Shown here in pieces: positions 44,102-56,829 of a stretch of 64,000 nt of DNA. Position numbers and translations under genes: made by a program. The stretch's first letter is position 1. Every line of letters begins with the position of its first letter. Origin of the DNA: Sporopachydermia quercuum (lineage: Eukaryota); NCBI GenBank assembly GCA_001599295.1, contig BCGN01000001.1:2232001-2296000 (forward strand). The letters run 5' to 3'. The notes under the pieces are model-generated. The model ran no database searches and had not been told where the DNA came from. It saw only the letters and a program-made list of their open reading frames with translations.

Positions 44102-46540
44102 ATGTTTGCATCTGGCGTACGAATATTTTCAGCGGCAGGAGGAGCTGGTGGACCTCTTGGTCTTGTCTCAAATGCATCTAAAACAGGCTTTAATTTTGCA
44201 AAGATTTCTATTGGCGCTGAAGGCAGGATATCGTTGAACCGTCTGTACTCTCAGTTACACCCGTTGCAAGGAATGAACCAGCTGAGTCAAAGTCAACGTC
44301 AAAGTCAACGTCAAAGTCAACGTGAAAATCAGTACCAAAATATAACTAACTGTTCAATCAACTTGGTTCCAAGGAAGAATTCACCAAATGCAGTGAACTT
44401 TGATAAATTACTCAGTTATTCGACTGTCCGAATGTTCTCTTCCTGCTCTATCAAATTCAATGGAGAGAACAAGAATGACAAGGCCAGTAAAGATTCGGAG
44501 AAAGAGAAAGATGATTCTAAGAATAACAAGGATATTAAGAAAGATAATGGATTCTTTAATAATAATCAATTCAACAACATGAATCCTATTCAAAATAGCG
44601 GGAAATTTTTTATGTTGACAATGGGAAGTTTTATTACATCAATATTGTTCTATTATTTCATGTTTGGAGATTCAGGCAACGAATTAACATGGCAAGATTT
44701 CAAAGTACAGTATTTAGAAAAAGGATTAGTTCAAAAAGTGATTGTTGTTAATAAAGGACTTGCAGAGGCCATTTTATTACCTCAAGCTCCAGTTCAAGGA
44801 GAACTTGCATTTGCCCCTAGAATTGTTGCATTTACTATTGGATCGGTTGATTCATTTGAAAGACAAATGGATGAAGTCCAACAACAGTTAGGCATCCCTT
44901 CTAACGAAAGAATCCCAGTTGTGTATGTAGAACGTGGCGGCTTGACCAAAGTTTTGATCAATTTACTTCCTACTGTATTACTTCTTGGTGGATTGTATTG
45001 GCTTGCCAAACCTCGCCGTGGTAAAGGATTACCAGGATCGGGCCCAGGTTCTGGTGGGGGAGGATTTGGTGGTATATTTGGTGTAGGCAAATCGAAAGCT
45101 AAGCTTTTCAACCAGGAGACTGATGTGAAAGTCAAGTTCAAAGATGTTGCTGGTTGTGATGAAGCTAAAGAAGAAATCATGGAATTTGTGAAGTTTTTGA
45201 AAGAACCGGAAAAATATGAGAAGTTAGGTGCTAAAATTCCCAGGGGTGCTATTTTATCAGGTCCCCCAGGTACAGGTAAAACTCTTTTAGCAAAAGCTAC
45301 NGCTGGTGAAGCAGGTGTTCCGTTTTTATCTGTTTCAGGCTCTGAATTCATTGAAATGTTCGTTGGTGTTGGTGCCAGCAGAGTCCGCGACTTATTCCAG
45401 ACTGCTAGAAAAATGGCCCCAAGCATTATCTTTGTTGATGAAATCGACGCTATTGGAAAAGAAAGATCGAAAAATTTTGGTAACGATGAAAGAGAAAGTA
45501 CTTTGAATCAATTGCTAGTTGAACTAGATGGATTCGATACATCTGATCATGTTGTTGTTTTAGCCGGTACCAATAGACCAGATATTCTAGATCCTGCTTT
45601 ATTGCGTCCTGGCAGATTTGATCGTCACATTTCTATTGATAGACCTGATGTGGAAGGTCGTAAAGCTATTTTTCAAGTACATTTGTCCAAGATTGTAACA
45701 AATTTAGATAAATTGCAGTTAGCTGGCAGACTTGCAGCTTTAACGCCTGGTTTTTCGGGTGCTGATATAGCCAACTGTACGAACGAAGCTGCTTTAATAG
45801 CTGCTCGTGGCAACGCTGATTCTGTTGAGTTGATTCATTTTGAACAAGCCATTGAACGTGTCATTGCTGGTTTGGAAAAGAAATCTCGTGTTTTGAGTCC
45901 TCCAGAAAAGAAAACAGTGGCCTATCATGAAGCTGGCCATGCTATTTGCGGTTGGTATTTAAAATATGCTGATCCTCTATTGAAAGTATCTATCATTCCA
46001 AGAGGCCAGGGAGCTCTTGGTTATGCTCAATATCTTCCTGATGATCAATATCTAATCAGTCAAGAACAATTTAGAGATAGAATGATCATGGCATTAGGAG
46101 GACGTGTTTCCGAAGAATTGCATTTCCCATCTGTTACATCTGGTGCTTCTGATGATTTCAAGAAAGTTACTCAAATGGCTCAAGCTATGGTTGCTAAACT
46201 TGGTATGTCTCCAATATTAGGACAAGTATGTTATGATGATGATGGTCAGACCTTCTCCAAACCATTTTCTGAAGTAACAGCTAGAAAGATTGATTTAGAA
46301 GTCAAGAGAATTGTCGCTGAGGCACATGATGCTTGTAAGAAACTTTTAACTGAGAAGATTGATGAAGTAGATAAAGTGGCCAAAGAGTTATTGTCTAAGG
46401 AGGTTATNACAAGAGAAGATATGATTCGATTGTTGGGCGCTAGACCATTCCCTGAGCGAAATGATGCGTTTGATAAGTATTTGAATGTTGGAAAAAGTGC
46501 ACCACCACCGCCACCTGAAGAAACAGGAACAAGTCCTTGA
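44102..46540 (+). CDS. AFG3: Mitochondrial m-AAA protease subunit
   Basis: Walker [12 protein letters not shown] ([10 protein letters not shown]), HEAGH zinc motif; [25 protein letters not shown] looks closer to Afg3 than Yta12; adjacent to BIM1. Confidence 0.88.
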   Translation: MFASGVRIFSAAGGAGGPLGLVSNASKTGFNFAKISIGAEGRISLNRLYSQLHPLQGMNQLSQSQRQSQRQSQRENQYQNITNCSINLVPRKNSPNAVNFDKLLSYSTVRMFSSCSIKFNGENKNDKASKDSEKEKDDSKNNKDIKKDNGFFNNNQFNNMNPIQNSGKFFMLTMGSFITSILFYYFMFGDSGNELTWQDFKVQYLEKGLVQKVIVVNKGLAEAILLPQAPVQGELAFAPRIVAFTIGSVDSFERQMDEVQQQLGIPSNERIPVVYVERGGLTKVLINLLPTVLLLGGLYWLAKPRRGKGLPGSGPGSGGGGFGGIFGVGKSKAKLFNQETDVKVKFKDVAGCDEAKEEIMEFVKFLKEPEKYEKLGAKIPRGAILSGPPGTGKTLLAKAXAGEAGVPFLSVSGSEFIEMFVGVGASRVRDLFQTARKMAPSIIFVDEIDAIGKERSKNFGNDERESTLNQLLVELDGFDTSDHVVVLAGTNRPDILDPALLRPGRFDRHISIDRPDVEGRKAIFQVHLSKIVTNLDKLQLAGRLAALTPGFSGADIANCTNEAALIAARGNADSVELIHFEQAIERVIAGLEKKSRVLSPPEKKTVAYHEAGHAICGWYLKYADPLLKVSIIPRGQGALGYAQYLPDDQYLISQEQFRDRMIMALGGRVSEELHFPSVTSGASDDFKKVTQMAQAMVAKLGMSPILGQVCYDDDGQTFSKPFSEVTARKIDLEVKRIVAEAHDACKKLLTEKIDEVDKVAKELLSKEVXTREDMIRLLGARPFPERNDAFDKYLNVGKSAPPPPPEETGTSP
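44286..44323 (+). repeat. 12-bp coding minisatellite (GTCAAAGTCAAC)x3 in the AFG3 presequence region
   Basis: Three perfect units encoding QSQR repeats. Confidence 0.9.
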
Positions 46541-47415
46541 TCACTGAGTGGCTGTGATTAAGATTGAGATTGGACTTTTGATTGATGCGTACTGTAGATT
46601 AGTATGGGAAGTTCGCTGTCCTTGAAAAAATTGGAGTATTCTTATGGTGCTCGTATACTATTGATGATTTTATCTTTGTCACTGCTGGTAGGATGGACTA
46701 GTTCGTTTTCTATACTATCGGTACTAGATATCATTCATCTGTTGTATCCATAATCTAAATCGAGATTTAAATTACTAATGGGTTTATATATATATTTTTC
46801 TTTTATCATTGTTAACGCTTGTAAATAAATTGATGCGATTTTATAGTGAAAATTGTAAGCTATGACGATCATTAAACCGACGGGAATGCCAGAAGAGGGA
46901 GTAATAAGTTCTCTAAAAGTAAATAATGAATAAGCGAACGAACGAATTGTACTTTGCTTGTTGGAAAGAACATCAATTGATCAGCAACCATTACGTAATA
47001 TTAGGACGGCATGTGAATAAAGAATATGAAAACTAAATGGAAAAGCATTAATTCATCATCTCAATGCCGCTTGTGGGTTATTTTATCCTTCATAAATAAG
47101 GCTTTGAGGCGCCTTGTATTATCCTAAAATACAGTATATTCTAGCATCATCTAACCAATAAACATCATACTTATATACCATACTATTAAAACAAACTAAC
47201 ATTCTCACTAGATATCCAATAACTACATCAATATCATTGCTAGATATCTGTTTCTCGATCATAACCAATTATTGGTACAAGTTGAGCTCACTTTCAAGGG
47301 TATTCTTGACTACCAATCCATATTAAATNATCANGTTAATTCAATTCTTCCAGTCATACTATTNTCTCGTTCCTTTTCTCTCTCTTCTGATTCACCCAAT
47401 CATTATACCAAACAT

Positions 47416-48315
47416 TCAAAAAGTCTCCTCATCAATAATTACACCTTGTTGATAACTTTCTCCCATAGCGTCATCTTCGTCTACTGGCAGCTGGAACCCT
47501 TCTTCTGTAGAGTACAAAATATCCTGTACTTGTTTCACAGCATCATCTGTTGTAAGCAGATCAACCAAGGCAATCGATGGATTTTCATTTTGTCGCACTG
47601 CCAACTCGTCGGTTAAACTCTGTAGCAACACTTCAATTTCTCGTAATTTATTGAAATAGAAATTACGTTCGGTTTCTAAATTCTCAGCTAATCCATTCAG
47701 CTCTTCTTTTTCACTTTCTAACTGTCGGATCTTGGCTTGTGCGTTTTGTAAAGCTACAGAATTTGCCGCACCTGCTCCAGCAGAAGAAACTCTCTTGCTA
47801 TGCCCACCATTGACAGAACTATCGTGAGACGAGGCAGAAACAGTTCTACTGCCTGTGGTACCTGTAGCACCGCGCATAACAGGTCTTGAGTGTGAAGCTG
47901 ATGCTGTAGAAGCTGCGGGTCTGCTGCCACTGGCTGCTCTACTAGGAGCTACACCACCTTTTCTTCTTGCTGTTGCATCATAATCAGAGCCGTCTTTATT
48001 ATCTAACCAGTATTTTCTCATCCATTGTAAAAACTCTAGGTTGTCTTGAAACCTGCATTTCACCAGCCTTTCTACTGGAATGGATTTGGAAATTCTATGC
48101 TTTGCAAAAGCAGACTGTAGAATTTTGAAGTTATTGAGAAATTGATACTCAGTTGTAGCATCAAACTTAACTCGTGTCATGGGTACATCTCCATGTACTG
48201 AATCAAAGAGCTGGCAATAAGCAGCCCCTGTGCCACACTCGTCTACTTTTTGGTAGTTCAAATTCAAGGTCTCATTGAGCCATCGAATGAGTTCTTTCCT
48301 TGATTCATTAGCCAT
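47416..48315 (-). CDS. BIM1: EB1-family microtubule plus-end protein
   Basis: CH domain (CGTGAAYCQ, FQDNLEFLQW), EBH (LETERNFYFNKLREIE, ILYSTEEGF), C-terminal EETF. Confidence 0.96.
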   Translation of the reverse strand: MANESRKELIRWLNETLNLNYQKVDECGTGAAYCQLFDSVHGDVPMTRVKFDATTEYQFLNNFKILQSAFAKHRISKSIPVERLVKCRFQDNLEFLQWMRKYWLDNKDGSDYDATARRKGGVAPSRAASGSRPAASTASASHSRPVMRGATGTTGSRTVSASSHDSSVNGGHSKRVSSAGAGAANSVALQNAQAKIRQLESEKEELNGLAENLETERNFYFNKLREIEVLLQSLTDELAVRQNENPSIALVDLLTTDDAVKQVQDILYSTEEGFQLPVDEDDAMGESYQQGVIIDEETF

Positions 48316-48929
48316 TTTCGATATTCCTTGTTGTCTATGTTGATCAATATCTGAATCGATGATCAGTTACAACCTTCCTGATTTGATGATCTGAATAAGT
48401 ATACTGGTGGATCAGACAATATTAGTAAACTGCAATCAATTTCAATATTTAGACGCATCGGAAATGTTCATATATTCTCATATATCTATATCAATCATCA
48501 CGGTTTTGCTTTACACATCAAACATCATAGCTTAGACTATCAAGCAAATAAATTTCAGTTAAAGGCTTGAAAAGATGATGGTTTTGTTAGTGATGATTTC
48601 TACATAGGAAATGNTTCATGTGGAGTTATATTTGTTTACATTTGCCTTTATATGAAGAATAGGGTAAGTAAGATCGATAGATTCAAAATGAGACATGAAG
48701 TTCGAAATTTCAGAAAATATTATGAGACATGGGACATTAAGCTATCTGTGTGATATGGGTAATGAGACGGGAGGGATTGTCATCTGAATGATATAACAGG
48801 GTATACTAACGATTAAATAAGGATAATATGTATTAATATAAGAATATTTAATCTAATATTCATAAAGTACTGGAACTGTTTTCTCTACAGGCAAGCAGCA
48901 CGAACAAATTTGTAGGAGCTTCCAATCAA

Positions 48930-51101
48930 CTAATTTTCTTCTTTCATAGCATCGGCTATCTTCTTATCACTTCCAATATAAGTCCAACCACCAAATTGCT
49001 TCTGAACACTTTCAGAAAGGAAATCATCGACCACAGAATCTGCAGGTGCTTCACTAGTAAATTCGATATCGAAATTACTAGTATCAAGAGCTCCATTCAC
49101 TGGTGGTTTGAAAGGAGGTGTGTATCCTTTCATCATCAGCCTATGCCAGTCAATAGATCTGAAAAACGGGTGTGCTTTGATTTCCTTTGCTCCATTAACA
49201 CCAAGCCTATGCTTAGGATCTCTGTTCAAAAGACCTTCAAGAATAGACTTAGCATCTTTATCCATGGACTCTGGGAACCTTAGCTTCTCTTGTAGAATCT
49301 TCTTATACATCGTTTCGACATTTTCATCGTAGAAAGGTGGAAGTCCGGTAAGCATTTCGTATAATAACACACCTAATGTCCACCAATCAACTACTTTTGT
49401 ATACCCTTGAGATAGTAACAATTCAGGCGCCAAATATTCAGGCGTTCCGCAGAATGTATTGGTTTTCTCTTCGTCTTTCATATTCAACTTGCATAGTCCA
49501 AAGTCACACAGAGCGATATGTCCTGTATAATCTAAAAGAATGTTTTCTGGTTTGAGATCTCTATAAATAACATTGAACCCATGTAAGCATTCTAAAGCAC
49601 ACAGCAGTTCAGCAGTGTAAAATCGGGATCTGTTGAGATCAAACCTGCCTTCTCTTTGTAGATGATGGAATAGTTCACCACCATTGATGAAAGTTAGAAC
49701 TAAATAAAGCTTTTCAGGGGATTGGAAAGAAAACTTCAAGGGAACAATAAAAGGATTGTTGATACGAGCAAGCACTGTTCTCTCAGCTAATGTATGAGTG
49801 ACTTCACTTCGAGAAACTATATGTGCCTTACGTAAGGTCTTCATAGCATAGATCTGTTGAGTGTCTTTCTTCTTGACCTGCATGACTTTACCAAAAGAAC
49901 CTTTTCCAATAACTTTCAGTAAAACAAAATCATCAATAGTGAGGGATTTACCTTTGTTTGGTTGATAATCGATTGTGATATTGATTCTGGAATTGGCTTG
50001 TGGCGATAAGGCAAACCATTCATGGTTATGTAACCTAATGAGACTAGTACTACCTTTGAGTTGCGCTGCTAAAGGTATCTCTGGGGTTGCTTTGATTGAT
50101 CCCAAAAAGATATCTGGAGGTTTCTTCCCTGCTGCAATATATTGGTTGATCTCACTCTGAGGGTAAAGTGACATAGGGATGCAAGCAAACACCTGAATAG
50201 ACAATGCATCTACACGTGAGATATCAAACGAAAAAGCAGTCGAAAAAACAGGTGCCTCAACCGAGCCTCCAACAGCTTCAGCAACAACAACAGTCTTATC
50301 AAATTCAATTACTGCATAAACCAGAGAATGCTTGTGCCCTGAGGAAGGGATAGTAATAACTGCTGGAATACTTGACGGTAGTAAATATGTTGGTTCTGCT
50401 TCAGCGGAAGATCCCCCTGCATTNGTACCAGTTGCTTTGTTAGAATTAGTCACTGATGAACCAGAAATCATTTTAGCAAACGCTGAATTGGAATTTACTA
50501 CCGGTTTGAACGGGAGTTCCAAATCTGATGAATTGTAAATCTTGAGGATCAAAAGCCCAGGTCTAATTGGTTCCACTACTGGACTTACGGTAGTTGACGT
50601 TGTCGATGTTGAAGCTTGAGAATAAACCGATTGAGCATCTGATGATCCTTTTGACTTATCAACTGTCAACAGACTGCTTTCACTCTCATGATTGACTTCA
50701 TTTAGAGTATCCGCCTTCGTGATTGTCTTTCTAGAAGGTGTTTCATCTATAGGACTAACAGGGACACTTACTATAGCACTTGAATGTTTGCCGGCTGCTG
50801 CATTACCTGCAGTGATTGTGCCAGAAGTAGATGGCCCAGTTTCCACGTCAGTTAAAGAAGAAGTGTTAGATTTAGAAGAACTAAGGTCTGAATTATCATG
50901 TTCCTCATTATTAGTATCGGGAGAGTTCTTTTTAGATGATTTGAATGGTGATAAATGTGTGTCTTGGAGCTCTAATAGTCGCTTGTTAGTAAAANAAATT
51001 ATCTGACGGTAACAAAATAGAGGCCATCATTGTTTTGACGATACCACATTCAGATCATTCTTATTATACTTACTTTTCGTAAGCTTCCAAGAGGACATCA
51101 T
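48930..51101 (-). CDS. YPK1: AGC kinase Ypk1/Gad8 (~689 aa); exons 51101-51074 and 50971-48930
   Basis: Intron 50972-51073 (GTAAGT...TACTAAC...TAG) gives MMSSWKLTKKLQDTHL; TNTFCGTPEY activation loop; FGGWTY hydrophobic motif. Confidence 0.93.
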
Positions 51102-52295
51102 GATTGGAAAAAATTTCTTATTATCTTTGAGCTTATTGCACTACAAGTCAAATAGAGTACCTTGTATTTTGATTGCCACGCAATCCTCCTGATAGCTTCA
51201 GCACTAGGATCTATGTTTATCTGGGGTTTGATAAGTATATCAATAGAGGATAACAAACAGCCACTCCTCTTACTAGAATTCTGGTCTGTATGTTATTGGA
51301 CAGCTGAATAAATGCTATGCAAGTTGCAATCCAAAAGTCAAGATAACAACATTTTCTACAACTATAATTGCTGCCTGGTATTAATTTTATAGCGAGAGCT
51401 AAGATTCTATCAATTTATCTGCAGGCAAGTTAACGTCGTGTACAGTTGAACAGGAGAAAATAACCTATCTATTTCGTTCCATTTTAGAGATACTTTATGG
51501 GAAGCCACAAAATTTGCCGTTCGGAGGCAGGCAACAAAGTAATTTCTGATGACGTGAACGGTTTATCATGGATTTGGCAGGCAGTGCAAGGTGGGAAGGA
51601 AAAGGGTAAGGACTGGAATACAAATAATGAGGTTTTGGCTGTAATTTACGGGATTGATAAAGGAGAAAGAATTTTCTGTAACTTGCAAGGGTGAATTCTT
51701 GATAGTTTATGTAGAGAATATCTACTAGGGTATACCGAAAACCCCGAGTGCAAGTAAGTAACGGAAATATAACACATTGAGAATTGAGGACTCGCTATAA
51801 GTTTTAGGGATAGTGAAGGCAACTACGATAAGATTTTCCAAGAATAACATGAATGATTTAATCTTATACTGTTACTATCATCAGAGAAGTATTACTATGA
51901 TAATCATTAGAATCCAAAATATACCTGTTCTCTGTCCCTATTATCATAAAGTTAAACTTTTTATGTTCTATTGTTCACTCGCATACATCTCGATATACAT
52001 AACCTTATTATACAAGAAACNTTTCCTTAGATTACATAATCGAAAAATAACATCCCATTCACCAATTCATGATTTTCAATCGTCAATTTACTTTTACTGC
52101 CCAGTTCTCCTTCAAGAAAACATCTACAATCCAACTGAACTCAGGCTGGAAATAGTAGTTTCTAAATTTATAACTTCTTGCCTTTCAAGAGTCCCTAAAT
52201 CATAATTTTCCCTTCGAAATCGATCATTATTTTCCCTCTTGCTCACCCAACTTCTCACTCCACATTATAGAGTTTCCCATTTTAGCGCATTCCAA

Positions 52296-52454
52296 ACGCG
52301 TCCCATTCTGGTTCCCACTAAGAATTGGCGTTCATAGTTGGCTACTTTCGCGTCTTCGACCCGTCTCAGCAGAATTTGGAATTTTCCCATCACCATTCTC
52401 TAGTTAAGGAAGCAGTACAATCAACCTATATCGATGGGCCACAATTTAAACGCG
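52296..52454. promoter_or_regulatory. Cluster of MCB/SCB-like G1/S elements upstream of HSL1
   Basis: ACGCGT 52296-52301, TTTCGCGT 52346-52353, AAACGCG 52448-52454 in AT-rich DNA. Confidence 0.55.
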
Positions 52455-53133
52455 GTGACCGATAACATAGATTGCATTTAGAAATTATCCTCAAGCACGC
52501 ATTTCATACCATTTCATCCTAATTGGCAAATTTTGTTCTCATCGAGAGATAGCTTGATTCCTTTCAGGGACTGAATATCCATTTTTTGAGAAACACTTGG
52601 TGGAAAGTTCCATTAAGGGCTAAAATCAAATCGCTCTCGACTAAATTGCTGCATAATTCACTTAACCTAATAACTTTAGCTGGCGAAAACTTTCTCTTCC
52701 TTGATCTTTTAAGGAATTTCCTACTGGGAAAAGTTAAGCCTGAAAGGTAGAATGAGAAGTAATGGTAGTGGGAAGCGAACTTTGAGTTATTCCTGGTATA
52801 TCCTTTTCTTTTCTTACTGACTATCGATTTGAGCATCAAGAATCAGAAAGACTGTTTGCATTTTCTTTTATTTTATTCTTGTTTCTTTTCATCAAGCTAT
52901 CAGGTTCATTCAGATGTTCACTCAGTTGTTCATTAAGTATTGTATTATACACTTTTAAGCATCAAAGCATTTGAAATTCATTCAGGAAACAATCATTCCT
53001 TGTCGCTCATTTACACGAATTTCAGCGCTTGTTCAATTGTCAGAATATTCAAACAAAAAGTTGAAACTTATTGAAAGATCACCGTTCACCAAAGAGACAT
53101 TAGTACTTCTAAATAATCAGTTGAATATTCACC

Positions 53134-56100
53134 ATGCCACCGAGGCCTTTAACAAGACCTGTGACAGCACACGTCCCAATGTCACCAGTTCCTGAGCCTA
53201 TTTCAACAGATTCAACTCGTCCAAACTCTGAAACGATGGCTAACACAGCAGCTAAAAGATTGTCATCAGCTTCTGTTACCACAAATTCATCAGCACGAAG
53301 GAAATCAAAAAATCATATTGGACCATGGAAACTAGGCAGAACTCTTGGTAAAGGATCAACTGGTCGCGTTCGATTGGCTAAACACGCTTTAACAGGTCAA
53401 TTAGCAGCAGTGAAAATTGTCCCCAAGAGTGTTTTCGCCTCTTCTCAAGGATCCTCATCTTCTTCAAACAATAACACGGGAAATCTTCCTTATGGGATAG
53501 AACGCGAAATAATTATCATGAAATTGATCAACCATCCAAATGTAATGGCTTTATACGATGTTTGGGAAAATAAAGGAGAATTATATTTGGTTCTTGAGTA
53601 CATTGAAGGGGGAGAACTATTTGATTATCTATTAAAACATGGCAAATTAGATGAACGAGAAGCTGTTGAATACTTCCAACAAATCATCTCTGGAGTTGAT
53701 TATTGTCATAGGTTCAATATTTGCCATAGAGATTTAAAACCAGAAAACTTGCTGCTGGATCAGCATCGTAATATTAAAATAGCAGATTTTGGTATGGCTG
53801 CTCTGGAACTCTCTGGCAAATTGTTGGAGACTTCATGTGGTTCTCCTCATTATGCATCTCCTGAGATTGTCTCAGGAAAGATCTATCATGGCTCTCCTTC
53901 AGATATATGGTCATGTGGTATTATTTTATTTGCTTTGCTCACAGGCCATTTACCATTTGATGATGAGAATATCAGACATCTATTATTGAAAGTTCAAGCA
54001 GGAAGATTTTCAATGCCTGCAAATCTGTCACCAGAGGCAAAAGATTTGATCCGTAAAATGCTTAGAGTTAACCCTGAAGATAGAATAACAATGCCTGATA
54101 TACTTAATCATCCATTGATCACCAAGTATTCTGATGAAGAACAGGAATTGGATTCATCTAGAACAATTGACCCGATTCCCGATGAGCTGCTGAAAGCTCC
54201 TGTTTCTCGTCGAGAAGAGATCGATTCTGAAATTTTGGATAATTTGCAGACATTATGGCACGGCGAATCATTAGAAGTTATCATCGACCAGCTACTATCT
54301 CCTGAACCGAACTCTCAAAAGACGTTCTACCGCCTGCTAATGAAATATAGAGAAGATCATATGGCATCGTCTGAAGATGATTCCGAAGAGCCCAGGAAAC
54401 AATCTCCTGGTCCTACGGCACCCAATGCAGCCTCGGGTTCGAATTCGGGTTCTGGTTCAGGATCGGCCTCTACTTCTGCATCAACGGCAAAAGGCTCATA
54501 TACACCTACTAGAAGATCTAGAAGCCGAGCTGGAATCTCAGCGTCTTCTTCTCATAAAAGAGGAGTATCATTTTCCCAGGTGAAACGAAGAAATCGATCA
54601 GTTAATTCCGTTCACTCCGATGCTGCCTCTTTAAAATGTACTACTAGTTCCAAATCTCAATTGTCTATTNCAGGACGTCAATTTGTTCTTAATTCACCGC
54701 CTCCAATTCCGAAGGAGTTGCTATGGAAAGAATTCAGTGCTCATGATATGGCTAAGGGACTTGCTAGAGCTAATACTGGGTCTTTTACTTCGCTCAGAGT
54801 TAATAATTCTAACTATGGTACGAACTCTTCTACTATTGGCAACAATAATAACAATCCTAGTATAAACAACAATACTACTATGGGTAACAATAGTAATACC
54901 AACAGTATTATTATTGCTGCTACCAATAATTCCAATGGTTCAATTCCACACTCATTGTCTCGCCATTCTTCTTTAATGGTACCTAAAAGACCGAGTATTA
55001 TTGCGAATGGTAATACGCTTACTTCGAGTCAGGATCCAGATTGGGAGTTTATGGATATCGAGAATCCTCAAAGATTTGCATCATTCTGCGATCACCTCTT
55101 TGCTGTGAATTCTGATTTATTTGCGTCTAATTTAGAAAGGAAGGAACACTTGAGGTCAAGTAGAATTGTTTCTGATTCCATGGCATTGAACTACTCAAGA
55201 AGTGAAAATAATACTAACAGCAACAGCAACAGCAGAGACATCGCTAATAATACCAATAGCAACCTGGATAGCAATAGCCTTCGATCCTTAGATCCCAAAA
55301 GACGTGCAGCGTCGAATCCTCTGCCTAAAAGCTTTTTCACTATTCAAGAAGAAGCAGAACACGTCTCAAGTGGAACCAGTAGCAAGAATTCCAACAGAAA
55401 GGGACAAAACACTTTCAATACAGCCAATCAAACTATCATTACCACCTCGAGCAAACAGAATCCACGACCAGAAATGCCATTGGAAAAAATCTTTGAAGAA
55501 GATGACAGCCAGGACGCGTTTGCTTCTCTACTAGAGAGAGATCTCAATAGCCATTTCGGTCTTGACAGTGCTCGTTTATCAAGAATCATTGATACTGATT
55601 TCCGGTTAGACTCTGAGTCAAATATCAATGAAAATGACAACAATAACATCAGCCGTCATAGCAGTGATAAAGAGAACCAAATGCCTCTTGATGGGTCGAA
55701 GAATAGTGGATCTGATTTCAAGGGAAACCGTCAATCATCATCCTCTTTGAACAGTGATCTGGCAGGTAGTGAGACGCTATTGGGCTTAGGCATAGTAACA
55801 GCACCGGAATCACCAGATGAAAAATCACCGCTATCTACTTCGTATACTCCAGCAGGTAAATCAGTAGGCAAATCAAATAATGCATATGCGGCAAAACGGG
55901 TTTCGGTATTCAGAGATTCAACTATGACTGTTGAGCCAACCAATACGAATTATTCAGCAATCAAAGGATACAGTGCCAATGTGACTCCTCCCTTACAACC
56001 AAGGAAGCCTCCGGTAGTCAAACGAAACAGTATGCAACAACAGCAGCAGCAGCAACAGCAGAAACAGAGATATCAAGCAGAAAGGGCACCTTTACAGGCA

Positions 56101-56514
56101 GTTGATCAAAATAAAAGAAAATCATTCTTCCCTGAAAGAAAGAAAACAATTCCATCCTCAAATAACCCAGGGAAAAAATCATGGTTCCAGAAAATGATAT
56201 CTTCTTCTGGTCCCACTGATCCTTTAATTTTGAACTCATCATTGGATTCCCAGAATCTTCTATATTCATTGGCATCGTCATTCCATGCTTGGCCTTCAGC
56301 ATCAATAGCAGTTGATGAACAAGCCAAGAGTATTCATGGGGTTATTTCTCGTGAGAACGAATTGAAGTTGAGGACTACAAAGTTTAGTATTTTGATTGAA
56401 GACTGTGGTGAGGGAAGTCGGGCTATATTTGCATGTGAGAAAGGTAAGAAGACGTTTGCGAAGTTTGTAGGAGAAGTTGAGAAAGTGTTGGACGCTCGAG
56501 GAGTTCTAGTATAG
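53134..56514 (+). CDS. HSL1: Nim1-family septin-associated kinase
   Basis: IGPWKLGRTLGKGSTGRVRLAK, PYGIEREIIIMKLI, TSCGSPHYASPEI; KRLS...RRKS N-terminus is Hsl1-like; KA1-like tail. GIN4/KCC4 not fully excluded. Confidence 0.82.
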   Translation: MPPRPLTRPVTAHVPMSPVPEPISTDSTRPNSETMANTAAKRLSSASVTTNSSARRKSKNHIGPWKLGRTLGKGSTGRVRLAKHALTGQLAAVKIVPKSVFASSQGSSSSSNNNTGNLPYGIEREIIIMKLINHPNVMALYDVWENKGELYLVLEYIEGGELFDYLLKHGKLDEREAVEYFQQIISGVDYCHRFNICHRDLKPENLLLDQHRNIKIADFGMAALELSGKLLETSCGSPHYASPEIVSGKIYHGSPSDIWSCGIILFALLTGHLPFDDENIRHLLLKVQAGRFSMPANLSPEAKDLIRKMLRVNPEDRITMPDILNHPLITKYSDEEQELDSSRTIDPIPDELLKAPVSRREEIDSEILDNLQTLWHGESLEVIIDQLLSPEPNSQKTFYRLLMKYREDHMASSEDDSEEPRKQSPGPTAPNAASGSNSGSGSGSASTSASTAKGSYTPTRRSRSRAGISASSSHKRGVSFSQVKRRNRSVNSVHSDAASLKCTTSSKSQLSIXGRQFVLNSPPPIPKELLWKEFSAHDMAKGLARANTGSFTSLRVNNSNYGTNSSTIGNNNNNPSINNNTTMGNNSNTNSIIIAATNNSNGSIPHSLSRHSSLMVPKRPSIIANGNTLTSSQDPDWEFMDIENPQRFASFCDHLFAVNSDLFASNLERKEHLRSSRIVSDSMALNYSRSENNTNSNSNSRDIANNTNSNLDSNSLRSLDPKRRAASNPLPKSFFTIQEEAEHVSSGTSSKNSNRKGQNTFNTANQTIITTSSKQNPRPEMPLEKIFEEDDSQDAFASLLERDLNSHFGLDSARLSRIIDTDFRLDSESNINENDNNNISRHSSDKENQMPLDGSKNSGSDFKGNRQSSSSLNSDLAGSETLLGLGIVTAPESPDEKSPLSTSYTPAGKSVGKSNNAYAAKRVSVFRDSTMTVEPTNTNYSAIKGYSANVTPPLQPRKPPVVKRNSMQQQQQQQQQKQRYQAERAPLQAVDQNKRKSFFPERKKTIPSSNNPGKKSWFQKMISSSGPTDPLILNSSLDSQNLLYSLASSFHAWPSASIAVDEQAKSIHGVISRENELKLRTTKFSILIEDCGEGSRAIFACEKGKKTFAKFVGEVEKVLDARGVLV

Positions 56515-56829
56515 CAAATACGGGTTAATTTAAATATACGAGGAGTANAATAGTAATAGTAATAGTAATTATAGTCTTTATTACCTTTTATACCTTCAGA
56601 TTTCCCTAATATTTCTTTCCTCCTTTTCTTTTTTTGTTTGAATTATACACAACATTACTATTCTCTTCTTAAACTGAAATTATAAAACTTCTTTTTCTTC
56701 ATGATAATACTTATAATACTTATAATCCTACTAACACTCCACCTTTATTTTATCATCTTATACTTTAATCCATACAACTATTCACCATTGAGAACTTCCG
56801 TTCACACTACTTATAGGATCTTTCTCTTT

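Noticed and set aside
44794..45426. 210-aa minus-strand ORF
   Set aside because: Antisense shadow of AFG3
53731..53760. Possible CUG codon reassignment (Ser or Ala)
   Set aside because: CTG occupies invariant Leu positions in HSL1 (ENLLLD), SUB1 (DLGKNK) and HAM1 (NKLKE), so the standard code fits
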